Below are positions 10,506 through 20,335 of a stretch of 64,000 bases of DNA, one piece after another. Made by a program: the position numbers and the translations under genes. The notes beneath the pieces were generated by a model. That model saw only the letters and a program-made list of their open reading frames with translations, made no database searches and was not told where the DNA came from. Position 1 is the first letter of the stretch. Each line of letters opens with the position of its first letter. The DNA is from Candidatus Heimdallarchaeota archaeon (lineage in GTDB: Archaea > Asgardarchaeota > Heimdallarchaeia > JABLTI01): positions 96,001-160,000 of the forward strand of contig JAHLVW010000062.1 of assembly GCA_019058275.1 (NCBI GenBank). The letters run 5' to 3'.

Positions 10506-12839
10506 TTGAAAATATCATTGCTCTTCCTTAGGAGATATTGGAAGCTGTACTCTCAGCATTTCTTTTATATATTACTAAGTATACTGATAGTTTCTACACC
10601 AGCAATTGGAGGAGCAATTTTTGATAAATTAACAATTGCAAGTTTTTTAAATGCCCAAAATAATGACCTTGAAATTTCAAATGATTTGGAATTAGGATAT
10701 TCAGCAACTAATATTTCAGATTTAGAATCAGTTATTCTTGATTTGTCTAATTATAGTGAACAATGGAACAAATATTTTTCAAATTATTCATTGTTGTTAA
10801 TATCAGATTATGAAGTCAATAATTTAACTTTTACAATTGGAATTGATTTTTCAATAAGTTCAACTAATTTAAAAAATGCTAATTTTCCATTACACCAATT
10901 TAATTATTTTAATAATAACATATCTTTAGAGAATTTTCTTGCAAGCTCTGAAATACCTTTTGAGGTATCATTAATTTTTAGCTATGATTTTTTCCAAACT
11001 CTGGACCTTACAGCTCTTAGAATTATGTCTAAAGTATCATATATAGGTCAAATCATTGATTTTAACACAAAAAAAATTAGATCACCTGAATCATATTTGA
11101 AATTTATTGAGGAGTTACTCGATAAAATAGATTATTATTTATCGACTAATAATATTCCTCTTTACAGCTCAAATGAAGAAAGTTCTTTTCAGATTGAAGA
11201 CATTATTTTTTACAAGAATCAGTTCGACTCTTTAATTTTGTTAATTTCATTAGTCACACTAATTATTACAATTTGGCTAAGTGAATTCTTTAGTGATAAT
11301 TTCTCAAAAGAAATTAGGAGAAAAATTGACAAATTATATATAAGAGGTTTAGAACACAAAAGAGAAAAGATTATTTCAGTTTTCATTCCATTAATTGTTG
11401 ACTTGTCCTGTTTTCTTTTTATTGGAATAGTATTACTTGTTACAAATATCATAATAAGCTTGGATTTTCTCTTGACAATTATTATCATAGGCATTTTTTT
11501 AATTTTGCTTATTTACAGGAATTATAAGAAATACAGTAAATCAGATCAAACAATTTTGAATTCTAAATCAATAATTTTATTTGTATTAATATTGGCGATA
11601 GTCTCAATAACACCTATTTTACTAAGGCAATTCATCTTTACTCTCATCCCAGATACCATCTATTCATACATTATACTCTTCTCTCAAGCAATTCAATATT
11701 TCATTATTACATTGCTTATAGCGGAAATATTCATCAAGAAAATTGCTACTAGACTATTTAGTAAATTTGGGATAAAAAATCTCATTAACAAATTATTCAA
11801 TAAAAGGGAATACGTTTTTCGACAGTTATTTCATTCAACATTGCTTTTAATATGGGGCTCTACAGTAGTAACTGGCGGTTTTCAAACTTTCTCTACTAAC
11901 TATAATCTAAATTTTGGGATGGAATATCCAACAGATTTAGTGATTTCTACTGATGTTTATTTATTTAATATTTCATCTATACAAAATAATGACAATTTTT
12001 CTTCAGTTATACCAATATCTCATACACAAGAAAGTTTCTTTTTAAACTATGATCTTTATTTAATGAATATTTCAGTAATCCAAAAGCTAATACCTAATCT
12101 AAAGAAATACTATGGTTTATCTAAGCTAAAAGAAGGTATATCCTATATGTCAAAAGATTTTGCTAAAGAATTTAATTTTGTTGATGGAGAATATTTTCCA
12201 ACTAAAATGGGAGAAAATGAATCATCTGTATATATTGACCAAGAGATTAAGATTATAGATTATTTTCCATTTGTAAAGAAAATTGAAAATAGACCATTTA
12301 TTGTTTCATCTTTTAATTTGCAGTATAGTAACATAACTAGAGTATCAAAACTTTATTTGAATATGAATAATGAAATCAATAAAAGTGTAGCAATAGAATA
12401 TTTAGAACAACAATTAGATATATCTGTTCAGGAAATTGATATGCCTATTTATGTGAATTATAATTTTCTTATTGGTATCTTTCAAGCCTATTTTATATTA
12501 GTATCTTTAGCTATAGTTTGGTTAAGCATAAAACAATTATTAGCAAAAATACGGATTCCAATGAAAACATTTTATCAGAGAGGAATGTCAATTAGGCTTA
12601 TCAAAAAAAGGCAATTTAATAACTTAGCTTTAGTACTATTAATTTCAGCTCTATTGGGTGTTTCATTAGGAATTCTCTTTTTGTTTCTTCAGCTACCAAC
12701 TGCTGTGTACACTATTCATCAATATTATCCTATACAAATCACTTTTTGGTATAGTTTATTATTTATTCCAGTCTTACCACTACTATATGATTATACTATT
12801 ATTACTCAAAGGAATTTTCATTTCTCAAATAATACTTAG
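10506..12839 (+). CDS. ABC transporter permease, FtsX/MacB-like
   Basis: Same topology as 7119-9830 (IRGL, QRGMS); TTG start after GGTGA. Confidence 0.72.
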   Translation: MKISLLFLRRYWKLYSQHFFYILLSILIVSTPAIGGAIFDKLTIASFLNAQNNDLEISNDLELGYSATNISDLESVILDLSNYSEQWNKYFSNYSLLLISDYEVNNLTFTIGIDFSISSTNLKNANFPLHQFNYFNNNISLENFLASSEIPFEVSLIFSYDFFQTLDLTALRIMSKVSYIGQIIDFNTKKIRSPESYLKFIEELLDKIDYYLSTNNIPLYSSNEESSFQIEDIIFYKNQFDSLILLISLVTLIITIWLSEFFSDNFSKEIRRKIDKLYIRGLEHKREKIISVFIPLIVDLSCFLFIGIVLLVTNIIISLDFLLTIIIIGIFLILLIYRNYKKYSKSDQTILNSKSIILFVLILAIVSITPILLRQFIFTLIPDTIYSYIILFSQAIQYFIITLLIAEIFIKKIATRLFSKFGIKNLINKLFNKREYVFRQLFHSTLLLIWGSTVVTGGFQTFSTNYNLNFGMEYPTDLVISTDVYLFNISSIQNNDNFSSVIPISHTQESFFLNYDLYLMNISVIQKLIPNLKKYYGLSKLKEGISYMSKDFAKEFNFVDGEYFPTKMGENESSVYIDQEIKIIDYFPFVKKIENRPFIVSSFNLQYSNITRVSKLYLNMNNEINKSVAIEYLEQQLDISVQEIDMPIYVNYNFLIGIFQAYFILVSLAIVWLSIKQLLAKIRIPMKTFYQRGMSIRLIKKRQFNNLALVLLISALLGVSLGILFLFLQLPTAVYTIHQYYPIQITFWYSLLFIPVLPLLYDYTIITQRNFHFSNNT

Positions 12840-13025
12840 TGATTGTTTTTTAAAAATGAAAAAAATTAATAGATAAAGTCTAACTATTCTTTTGTAAGCT
12901 TTGTTCGAGCGTTCACACTAAAAACATTTTCTTTTTGTTTTTGATGTTATTTTTTGTTTTCATATAATATGATAAAATCCCAGCGAAATACAGAAAGACT
13001 CTTTCCTATACTCTTGGTTTATGAT

Positions 13026-13124
13026 TTATTTAATCAGTGGTTTCCTATTCATATTCTCGTCTTCAAAGAATTTTTTCAGTGCTTCACTTTCGTAAAGTTC
13101 CTGATACTTTCGTGTCTTAACCAT
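13026..13124 (-). pseudogene. 32-aa ORF with an SD-like site; probable 5' remnant of a lost gene at the island end
   Basis: AAGGT upstream of ATG; MVKTRKYQELYESEALKKFFEDENMNRKPLIK. Confidence 0.3.
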
Positions 13125-13196
13125 AGTTAATACCTTATTTTTTGCATAAATATACAAAGAATTCTGAGTTTATAAATTAAGTAAAGCTACCTTCGT

Positions 13197-13267
13197 TCAT
13201 CCAGAAGAACATAAAATTCACATTGTTCAAGGGGAATGTGATTTAATTTCGGAAGATGGGACAAGAA
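13197..13267 (+). repeat. Right copy of the 71-bp imperfect direct repeat
   Basis: Matches 6964-7034. Confidence 0.92.
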
Positions 13268-13386
13268 CCAAAGTAAAAGCAGCTGATTCCATTTACGTCC
13301 CTCCAGATGAAAAACATGGGTACGAAAACACTGGTTCTGAAACACTCAAATTCATTTGTGTTATTCCACTTCTAAAAAAAGAATGA
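13198..13386 (+). pseudogene. Cupin-domain gene, 3' half (no start codon)
   Basis: HPEEHKIHIVQGECDLISEDGTRTKVKAADSIYVPPDEKHGYENTGSETLKFICVIPLLKKE*; contains cupin motif 2. Confidence 0.9.
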
Positions 13387-13421
13387 ATATGATGAAATAA
13401 AAACTATCTATTCATCATTTC

Positions 13422-14774
13422 TTATTTCCAATTTTTAAATTCATCAATAACAGTGATAATCATTTTCATTCCATCTATGAAATCATCAATGTAAATATTC
13501 TCATTTGGTGCATGTGAATTAGTATTAGGATGTCCACAACCTAATGAAACAACTGGCATATGATCACCAAAAAGGTACATCGGACCAGAACCACCTGAAG
13601 TTGATTGAATTGTTGCTTCATGATCATAGACTCTTTTGTTAGCTCTTTTACAGAGTTTTACAAAATCATTATTAACATAGGTTTTAGATGGTGGATAACC
13701 ATTTGACCAATCGAATGTTAAATCGCTAAATCCATTATCATCAAGGTATTTTCGAAGATTCTTGAGTATTTTCTTAGGATCTTGGTTTTTAACTAATCTA
13801 AAGTCAATCTTTGCTGAGGCTTGTTTAGGAATGACTGTTTTTCCTCCTTCACCTTGCCAACCAGCTGTGAAGCCACAGAGATTACAAGTTGGTTTAGTAA
13901 AGTATGCTACTTTTGCTTCATCATCATTCATACCATAACGGTATTCATCAATGCCAAAGTGTTCTTTTGTTTCTTTAGGATAATTATTGTATTTTTCAAT
14001 AACCTCTAGCTCTTCTTTAGTTATCTTTTCAATGTCATCATAGAAATGAGGTACGAGGATTTTTCCATCTTTATCCTTTAAAGAGTTAATAGCTTGTAGC
14101 AATCTTTCACCAGCATTTGGTAAGTGTGTTGCATTTGCGGAATGCGAGTCAATATCCATTTGCTTTACAGAAAATTGTACATAAAGTATCCCTTTAACGC
14201 CTAGAATGAACTCCTGGAAGCCTTCACGGTTACTACCTCCAAATTCCCAAATACAACCATCAACATTCTTAAAGAAATCAAGATCTTTATCAAAATAATT
14301 TGTGAGATTTTTACTACTACTTTCTTCCTCGGTTTCTATTACAAATTTAATATTGCATGGGAGTTCTAAACCAGCATCCAACCAAGCTCTAACAGCATGA
14401 ATTCTACAAACAATTTCATCTTTGTTATCTGCTGTTCCTCTACCAAACATTCTTCCATCTCTGATACTTAGTTCAAAGGGAGGAGATTCCCATAAATCAA
14501 AAGGTTCCGCAGGCTGAACATCAGCATGATCATAAATCATCAAAGTTCGTTTTGCACCTACATCCATCAAACCTGTAACAACAGGTCCTCCACCAGTTTC
14601 ATGAATTTTAGTTTCAAAACCATTTTCCTTCAATAGTTTAGCTGAGAATTCAGCAGCTTCAACCAAAAATTCTTCCTTAGCAGAAACTGAAGGAATAGCT
14701 ATAAACTCAGCTAAATCCTTTATAGCTTTGTCCTTTCTTTCTTCTATTAATTTGTAAATTTTATCAAGTGACAA
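13422..14774 (-). CDS. M20/M25/M40 family metallopeptidase (DapE/ArgE-like)
   Basis: HADVQP, GRGTADNK, ETEEE, HS, HAPNE. Confidence 0.95.
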   Translation of the reverse strand: MSLDKIYKLIEERKDKAIKDLAEFIAIPSVSAKEEFLVEAAEFSAKLLKENGFETKIHETGGGPVVTGLMDVGAKRTLMIYDHADVQPAEPFDLWESPPFELSIRDGRMFGRGTADNKDEIVCRIHAVRAWLDAGLELPCNIKFVIETEEESSSKNLTNYFDKDLDFFKNVDGCIWEFGGSNREGFQEFILGVKGILYVQFSVKQMDIDSHSANATHLPNAGERLLQAINSLKDKDGKILVPHFYDDIEKITKEELEVIEKYNNYPKETKEHFGIDEYRYGMNDDEAKVAYFTKPTCNLCGFTAGWQGEGGKTVIPKQASAKIDFRLVKNQDPKKILKNLRKYLDDNGFSDLTFDWSNGYPPSKTYVNNDFVKLCKRANKRVYDHEATIQSTSGGSGPMYLFGDHMPVVSLGCGHPNTNSHAPNENIYIDDFIDGMKMIITVIDEFKNWK

Positions 14775-14852
14775 AATAAAATCATCCTTTTGCGTTTTGT
14801 TTCTATAAACGCATGAGCATTAATTAATTTTGGTACTTTCTTAGAAAAACAA

Positions 14853-15092
14853 TTAATTGAAATATAGTTCTTGTCCTCCAACATCGATAGCTGATAATGA
14901 CCATCCACTTATTGTTATTGGATTCTGTCTTATATCAATACCCAAAGTTGTTCTTGGATCTTTCATAACTGGTTCGCCAGTTTCTAAATAACGTACTAAT
15001 GTAGTTTTACCTGCTCCTGAAGCTCCTAAGATAACCAAGCTTGCTTTGAGCTCTACCTTTTTTTGTCCAAAAAGTTTTGAAAGCCAACTCAT
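14853..15092 (-). pseudogene. Arf/Sar-like small GTPase, truncated after G3
   Basis: Amphipathic N-terminus MSWLSKLFG, G1 GASGAGKTT, G2 PRTT, G3 DVGGQ, then stop; no G4/G5 in the 78 bp before the next gene. Confidence 0.85.
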
Positions 15093-15182
15093 GTTATTAC
15101 CTTCAGTAGTTTCAGTAAAGAAAGTATAACAAAATGGATTAATAAATTAATTCCTAAAAAATAAAGATTTTAGAAATGAAAA

Positions 15183-16757
15183 TTATTCATTTCTAATTGT
15201 TATATCTCCAGAAAATGTTGCAATGTTATAGATATATTGAATGGTTTTCTCATCGAAATTTGCTGTTTTGTAGTATTCTTGTTCATTTGGTAAAACAATA
15301 TTTCCAGTAGTTGTATCTGTAGTGACTTCCACTCCAACATCTAATTCGCTCATTAAATAACTAATATCAATAATGCCAGATGAAGAATCAATATCAAAAG
15401 TTGCTGTATGATTAATCAATGGAATGGATTCTGGATAAAGATCTAAAACAATATCACCTGAAAAGGTCTCAATAATCCAAGAAATATTATTGTAAAAGGT
15501 TACGCCAATACAATTTACAGTTATAGAACCTGAACTACTATCTAATGCTATATCGCTAAGATAAATATCAACAAACTCTTGGAAATCAACTATTATATCA
15601 TCTGAAAATGTAGTAATTATTAAATCAGAAGCATTAAAGATACTTGAATGGTCAATACCAAAATTAATGTGGCCTGAACTTGAAGAAATTGTGAAATCAT
15701 CTAAATTTATATCAGTGTTATCTTCAAAAACAATTTCAATATCACCTGAAAATGTTTCAGCGATGAAGCTTGTTGAATCAAAATTTAAACAATGAAGGGA
15801 ATAAAAGTCAATACTTCCAGAGCTAGTTTTTAATTTGAAGGTTGAAGTGATGATCTCTGCATAAGATCCTATTTGCATTTCAATATCTCCTGAAAAAGTT
15901 TCAATAGTAAAGTTAAGGGAGTTCACAAGGAGATTATTAGATGCAAAGAAATTAATCCTGCCTGAGCTAGAGTAGATTGATACTGCAGCATTTGTAGTGA
16001 TATTTGTGTATGCTCCTAGATTGACATCAATATCACCTGAAAATGTTTCAATATCTAGTTTCCTGATTTCAACATTAGGAGTATCAATCATGCTAATATC
16101 AATATAACTTGAAAATGATTTCAAATTATATTCAATTGCTATTGCTGGATTTATAGTTATATAGAGCTCATGACGAATTGAAGTTTTGTCCCAATAATTA
16201 AATTCATCTTCAGCAAAGGAAATTGTTGTTCGATTGTTAATCATATTTTCTGAAAAGGACTTAGCATCAGTGATGTTAGCTTGGGATTGACCATAAACTT
16301 CAATGGTGACTGATAAAAGAGTGGATAAACTATTATCATGTTTTATTCTTATGTCCCCTTGAAACATATCCAGATTTAATTCGATAATCTCTGTTGTTTC
16401 AGAATGATATGTGTAGTAAAGATCACCCATGTAGTAATAGGTCTGGGTACTTCGAGTTGAAAAGTAAACAATAGGTGTAATTATCCCTATTGATGTAATT
16501 ATTATAAAACTAATAATTAAGATGGAACTTAGTTTCCTTCCTTGAATCTTCTTAGGTACAGGTTCATAATCAGTAATGGGTTCTTGATGTAGTTTCCTTT
16601 TTTCTTCAGTAGATTCTTTTACTTCCTCAATGATTCCACCACAATTATGACAGAAACGTGAATTATCATCTATTCTTGCTCCACAATTTTTACAATATCT
16701 CATGAAAACACCAATTTTGTCTTTAGTTACTACTGGAGTAGTGACATATATATACAC
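15183..16757 (-). CDS. Zinc-ribbon + TM + DUF4097/adhesin-like beta-repeat membrane protein
   Basis: CKNCG...CHNCG, one TM helix, alternating TFSGDI / SSSGxI repeats; true start probably at MRYCKNCG. Confidence 0.8.
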   Translation of the reverse strand: MYIYVTTPVVTKDKIGVFMRYCKNCGARIDDNSRFCHNCGGIIEEVKESTEEKRKLHQEPITDYEPVPKKIQGRKLSSILIISFIIITSIGIITPIVYFSTRSTQTYYYMGDLYYTYHSETTEIIELNLDMFQGDIRIKHDNSLSTLLSVTIEVYGQSQANITDAKSFSENMINNRTTISFAEDEFNYWDKTSIRHELYITINPAIAIEYNLKSFSSYIDISMIDTPNVEIRKLDIETFSGDIDVNLGAYTNITTNAAVSIYSSSGRINFFASNNLLVNSLNFTIETFSGDIEMQIGSYAEIITSTFKLKTSSGSIDFYSLHCLNFDSTSFIAETFSGDIEIVFEDNTDINLDDFTISSSSGHINFGIDHSSIFNASDLIITTFSDDIIVDFQEFVDIYLSDIALDSSSGSITVNCIGVTFYNNISWIIETFSGDIVLDLYPESIPLINHTATFDIDSSSGIIDISYLMSELDVGVEVTTDTTTGNIVLPNEQEYYKTANFDEKTIQYIYNIATFSGDITIRNE

Positions 16758-16869
16758 CTTTTTCTATTCAAAATTGGAAAAAATATGGTTCAAATAGAAA
16801 TTTCCATGATAAATGTAAATTAGTTTCAAAGTTTCCTCTTTTAAACCTCTAAATTGTAATTAGTAATAT

Positions 16870-17280
16870 TTAATCTGGTTTTTCCTTTAAGTGTTGTATT
16901 TTTTTTACTATTAGCTCTAAATCTTCATGATATTTAGGAATCTCCATAGCTAGTGCTTTTAATAGAAGTAATTTCTCTAATGATATAATCAAATAATTTT
17001 CTTTTACTATTGCATTTTGATTTAGATCAAAATAATTATGCCAGCGTATTGTCTTCCAAATCTCGAAATCATAGATACAGACACCTTTGTCTCCAAAAAT
17101 ATCTTTTAAATTATTAGGGTATTTTTTAGCTAATTGAACATAATCATCTTTTATAACAATAATATCATTATCATTTCCTGCTTTCCTTAAACCATAATAT
17201 TCCATTGCTTTTCCTCCAACTAGCAATGGTTTCTTGATGAATTTGTAGTTTAATATTTCAAGGTTTAATTCCATCATCAA
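16870..17280 (-). CDS. Minimal nucleotidyltransferase-like protein
   Basis: LLVGGKAM..YGLR...NDNDII (GG...DxD signature). Confidence 0.65.
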   Translation of the reverse strand: MMMELNLEILNYKFIKKPLLVGGKAMEYYGLRKAGNDNDIIVIKDDYVQLAKKYPNNLKDIFGDKGVCIYDFEIWKTIRWHNYFDLNQNAIVKENYLIISLEKLLLLKALAMEIPKYHEDLELIVKKIQHLKEKPD

Positions 17281-17978
17281 TCCTCAGTTGATCTTAACAT
17301 ACCTATCATTTGCTTCAAATCATTTGGATTGTCAAGAATTTCTATTAATGCTTTTTCTGGGTCTTTTTGATTTTCTAGAAATCTTGTTGTTAACATTAAA
17401 AGATCTCCTTTAAAACCAATAACTCCATGAATAGGCATTCCACCTATGCTTGAAACTTCTTTTACAGCAATATGATCTGCAGGTAGTGTAATTACTTTAT
17501 CTGATGTCGATTCCTCAAATGCTATTGTTTTGCATGGAAGATTTTCATCCCAGTTACCTAAAGCTGTCAAATAGCTTTTACCAAGTGCTAAATATATGAA
17601 ATCAGGATTCTCTTTCTCGATAATTTCTTGATAATCATTAGGGATAGTTAGCATATTTGCACGGTTGATAAGCTCTTCTTTTCTCATTTCAGTGAAACTG
17701 CATTCATATGGTGGCATCATATCATTTTCATTAACGATACCAAATCCTGCAGATACAATATAGTATCCAACATCAAACATTTTTCTCAAATGTCTTACAG
17801 CAGCATTTACACTGATATTAAGTGAACCTCGATACATGTCTTTAGCTTTATGCTTTTCTGTAAAATTCGGTAGATAAGCTTTTCTCATTTCCTTGGAACT
17901 GATTTGTTGACATGTAGGTTGATTTGGATAGGAAACTGCTTTTCTCTTGCTACATGAAGCGAATACTAGTATTTTCAT
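17277..17978 (-). CDS. YaaA/DUF328/DUF6884-like protein
   Basis: SCSKRK, AKDMYRG, IVSAGFGIV, PPYECSF, LALGKSY. Confidence 0.7.
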   Translation of the reverse strand: MKILVFASCSKRKAVSYPNQPTCQQISSKEMRKAYLPNFTEKHKAKDMYRGSLNISVNAAVRHLRKMFDVGYYIVSAGFGIVNENDMMPPYECSFTEMRKEELINRANMLTIPNDYQEIIEKENPDFIYLALGKSYLTALGNWDENLPCKTIAFEESTSDKVITLPADHIAVKEVSSIGGMPIHGVIGFKGDLLMLTTRFLENQKDPEKALIEILDNPNDLKQMIGMLRSTED

Positions 17979-17984
17979 TTTTAT

Positions 17985-18851
17985 TTATACACCCGTTTCT
18001 TTATTATGCAGATCTAGCGTCGAGGTTACTAAATCTACTAGTTTCCTTGCAAAAGGATTATCCATATTAATACTAAATAAGTGCTCATTGGCAATAGTTC
18101 TTTTTACCTTTACTAATTCTTGTATATCTAATTCTTCCAAATAAGAGTTTACCATCATTAGAGGTATTTTCACTTCATTTGACAATTCTTGTGGAGAGAG
18201 TGTTTTCTTCGTAGCTAGTAAAGTAAAGATGGCTAGTCGATTTCTATTAGAGATGATTTCAAGTTTAGCTGGTTCCATTTTTACTTTATCATATACTTTT
18301 TTCTCTTTTTTCACTCGATCTAATGCAAATTGTTTTGCTCGTTCTAGTGCCTTTTCACTATTTTCTACAAGATAGACTAGTTGTAATGAACGCATTTTCT
18401 GAAATGTTGTTTCTAATGATGTAAAAACTTCAGATGAAACTCCACCAGCTTTTGAGTATATCACTACATGAATTCCTAAATCCACTGCAAGAGATATTTG
18501 TATCCTTGTTTCGTTTCCCCCACCAATTGCAATCAAACAGTCACAAGAATAGACAAATGACCAGCTATATTCACTTCCGATTATTGTTGTAGCAACTGTT
18601 ACATGAGAATCTTGATTCCCAACATCTTTGTAGTTTCCTGGAACAATATTAACATTTATTCCTCCAGCATCATTGACTCCTTTTGTAATAGCTTCTGCTA
18701 CACCTGTTGCTCCACTTACAAGAACTGCTATATTCAATGTTCTTCCTAAAGCAAAACCCAATTTGTATGAGAAATCCCAAGTATCCTTATCTTGTTCATT
18801 ATTCATATCAAGTGTTTTGCTGCCTACAACAGATATCTGAAGTTTTCTCAT
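17985..18851 (-). CDS. SLOG/LOG-family (TIGR00725-like) domain fused to an ArsR-type wHTH
   Basis: ISVVGS, SGATGVAEA, AIGGGNET; C-terminal ISNRNRLAIFTLL...SPQELS..VKIP helix-turn-helix. Confidence 0.8.
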   Translation of the reverse strand: MRKLQISVVGSKTLDMNNEQDKDTWDFSYKLGFALGRTLNIAVLVSGATGVAEAITKGVNDAGGINVNIVPGNYKDVGNQDSHVTVATTIIGSEYSWSFVYSCDCLIAIGGGNETRIQISLAVDLGIHVVIYSKAGGVSSEVFTSLETTFQKMRSLQLVYLVENSEKALERAKQFALDRVKKEKKVYDKVKMEPAKLEIISNRNRLAIFTLLATKKTLSPQELSNEVKIPLMMVNSYLEELDIQELVKVKRTIANEHLFSINMDNPFARKLVDLVTSTLDLHNKETGV

Positions 18852-18997
18852 GGATAGTAGACAAGAAACAAAGTATTTGTTTTTTTCGATTGAGATAGTT
18901 TGCTATTCTAATTATGGATTTATAAGGACAATTGATTAATACTTGATGAATGTTAGTTTGTCTAACAAAATTAAAAACATAATTTACAGGGATTAAA

Positions 18998-20320
18998 ATG
19001 ATAGTTCGAGATCCTGTCCATGGTGACATTAAATTCACTGAAAATGAAGCTCAAGTTATTGATTGTCTAGAAGTTCAAAGACTACGTGGTGTCAAGCAAT
19101 TAGGTACAACCTACTTGGTCTATCCAGGAGCATTACACACAAGATTTGATCATAGCTTAGGAACAGCTTACTTGTCCAAAATTATCATACAAAACATCAG
19201 AAAGAATGGATTTGAGATCGATAATGAAACAGAAGAACTTGTTTCAATTGCAGGAATAATACATGACATTACACATGTGCCTTATGGTCATACCTTTGAA
19301 GATGAAAGAAAAATCTTTCAAAGACATGACAAAAGTGATAATTTTAAAAATATTCTAGCAAGTGGACAGATTGGTGATTTATTAAATCAATTGGGTTACG
19401 AAACTAAATTGCTAAAAATGCTAACCCAAAAAGAAGATCCTACAATAAAATCCCGGGAAGATCCCTGGATGGGACAGATAATTAATGATACTATCTGTTC
19501 AGATTTACTAGATTATATTAGAAGAGATTGTTATTACACAGGCATTAACAAGAATTATGATAATCGAGTATTCAGCTATTTCATTGTTGAAGATGGAAAA
19601 TTAGTTCTTAATTTTGTGAAAAACAAAATGGAACGATCTGATGCCAGATCTGAAGTTCTTCATCTTTTACGATTAAGGTTCTTCCTTACTGAAAGAGTTT
19701 ATTTCCATCATGCAAAACTATCCTCTGGAGCAATGATCTCAAAAGCTGTAGAATTAGCAGTAATAGCTGGTCAACTTACTCGAGAAGGGCTCTACAAGTT
19801 AAATGACTGGACGTTATTTAGATTCCTAATAGGTGAACCAGATCCAAAACCAGTTGATTCTCCAATTCGCAAACTGATAGAACGTGTTCAAAACAGACAA
19901 TTATTAAAACGTGCTTATGTCCTATCAAGCGCAACCTTAAGTTCTAGGAAGAGTCGTGAGGATTTCATTCAGAAATTTAATCCACCAACAAATGAAAGAG
20001 AACAAGTAGAAGATATGATTATTGATCGTCTAAAAAATATTACAAAAGATAAAACCATCAATAAAGCAGATGTCATTATTCATTGTTTAAGCTCATCTTC
20101 CCTGAAGGAAGCAGAGGTTTTAATCAAAAACAAAGAGAGAAAAATTGTTCAACTTAATGTACGTCCCCATCCATCAGCTGATATTAAGGTTATTGAGGAT
20201 GCTTATGAAGATTTATGGCGTATGTATGTTTTTGCTAATCCTAAATATGCTAAAGAAGTAGGAAAAATATGTGAAGAAACCTTCGGACGAGATAATGAAT
20301 ATTCACCCAAAAAAATGTAG
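18998..20320 (+). CDS. HD-domain dNTP triphosphohydrolase (SAMHD1/EF1143-like)
   Basis: DPVHG, QRLRGVKQLG, HTRFDHSLG, HDITHVPYGHTFE, DLLDYIRRD, RVYFHH. Confidence 0.9.
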   Translation: MIVRDPVHGDIKFTENEAQVIDCLEVQRLRGVKQLGTTYLVYPGALHTRFDHSLGTAYLSKIIIQNIRKNGFEIDNETEELVSIAGIIHDITHVPYGHTFEDERKIFQRHDKSDNFKNILASGQIGDLLNQLGYETKLLKMLTQKEDPTIKSREDPWMGQIINDTICSDLLDYIRRDCYYTGINKNYDNRVFSYFIVEDGKLVLNFVKNKMERSDARSEVLHLLRLRFFLTERVYFHHAKLSSGAMISKAVELAVIAGQLTREGLYKLNDWTLFRFLIGEPDPKPVDSPIRKLIERVQNRQLLKRAYVLSSATLSSRKSREDFIQKFNPPTNEREQVEDMIIDRLKNITKDKTINKADVIIHCLSSSSLKEAEVLIKNKERKIVQLNVRPHPSADIKVIEDAYEDLWRMYVFANPKYAKEVGKICEETFGRDNEYSPKKM

Positions 20321-20335
20321 TTTAGTTATTGAATG

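Larger units (their letters stand above)
7035..13196. mobile_element. Putative inserted island (ABC exporter cassette) inside the cupin gene
   Basis: Bounded by the direct repeat; separates the two cupin halves; looks more AT-rich than its flanks; no intact recombinase seen. Confidence 0.65.
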
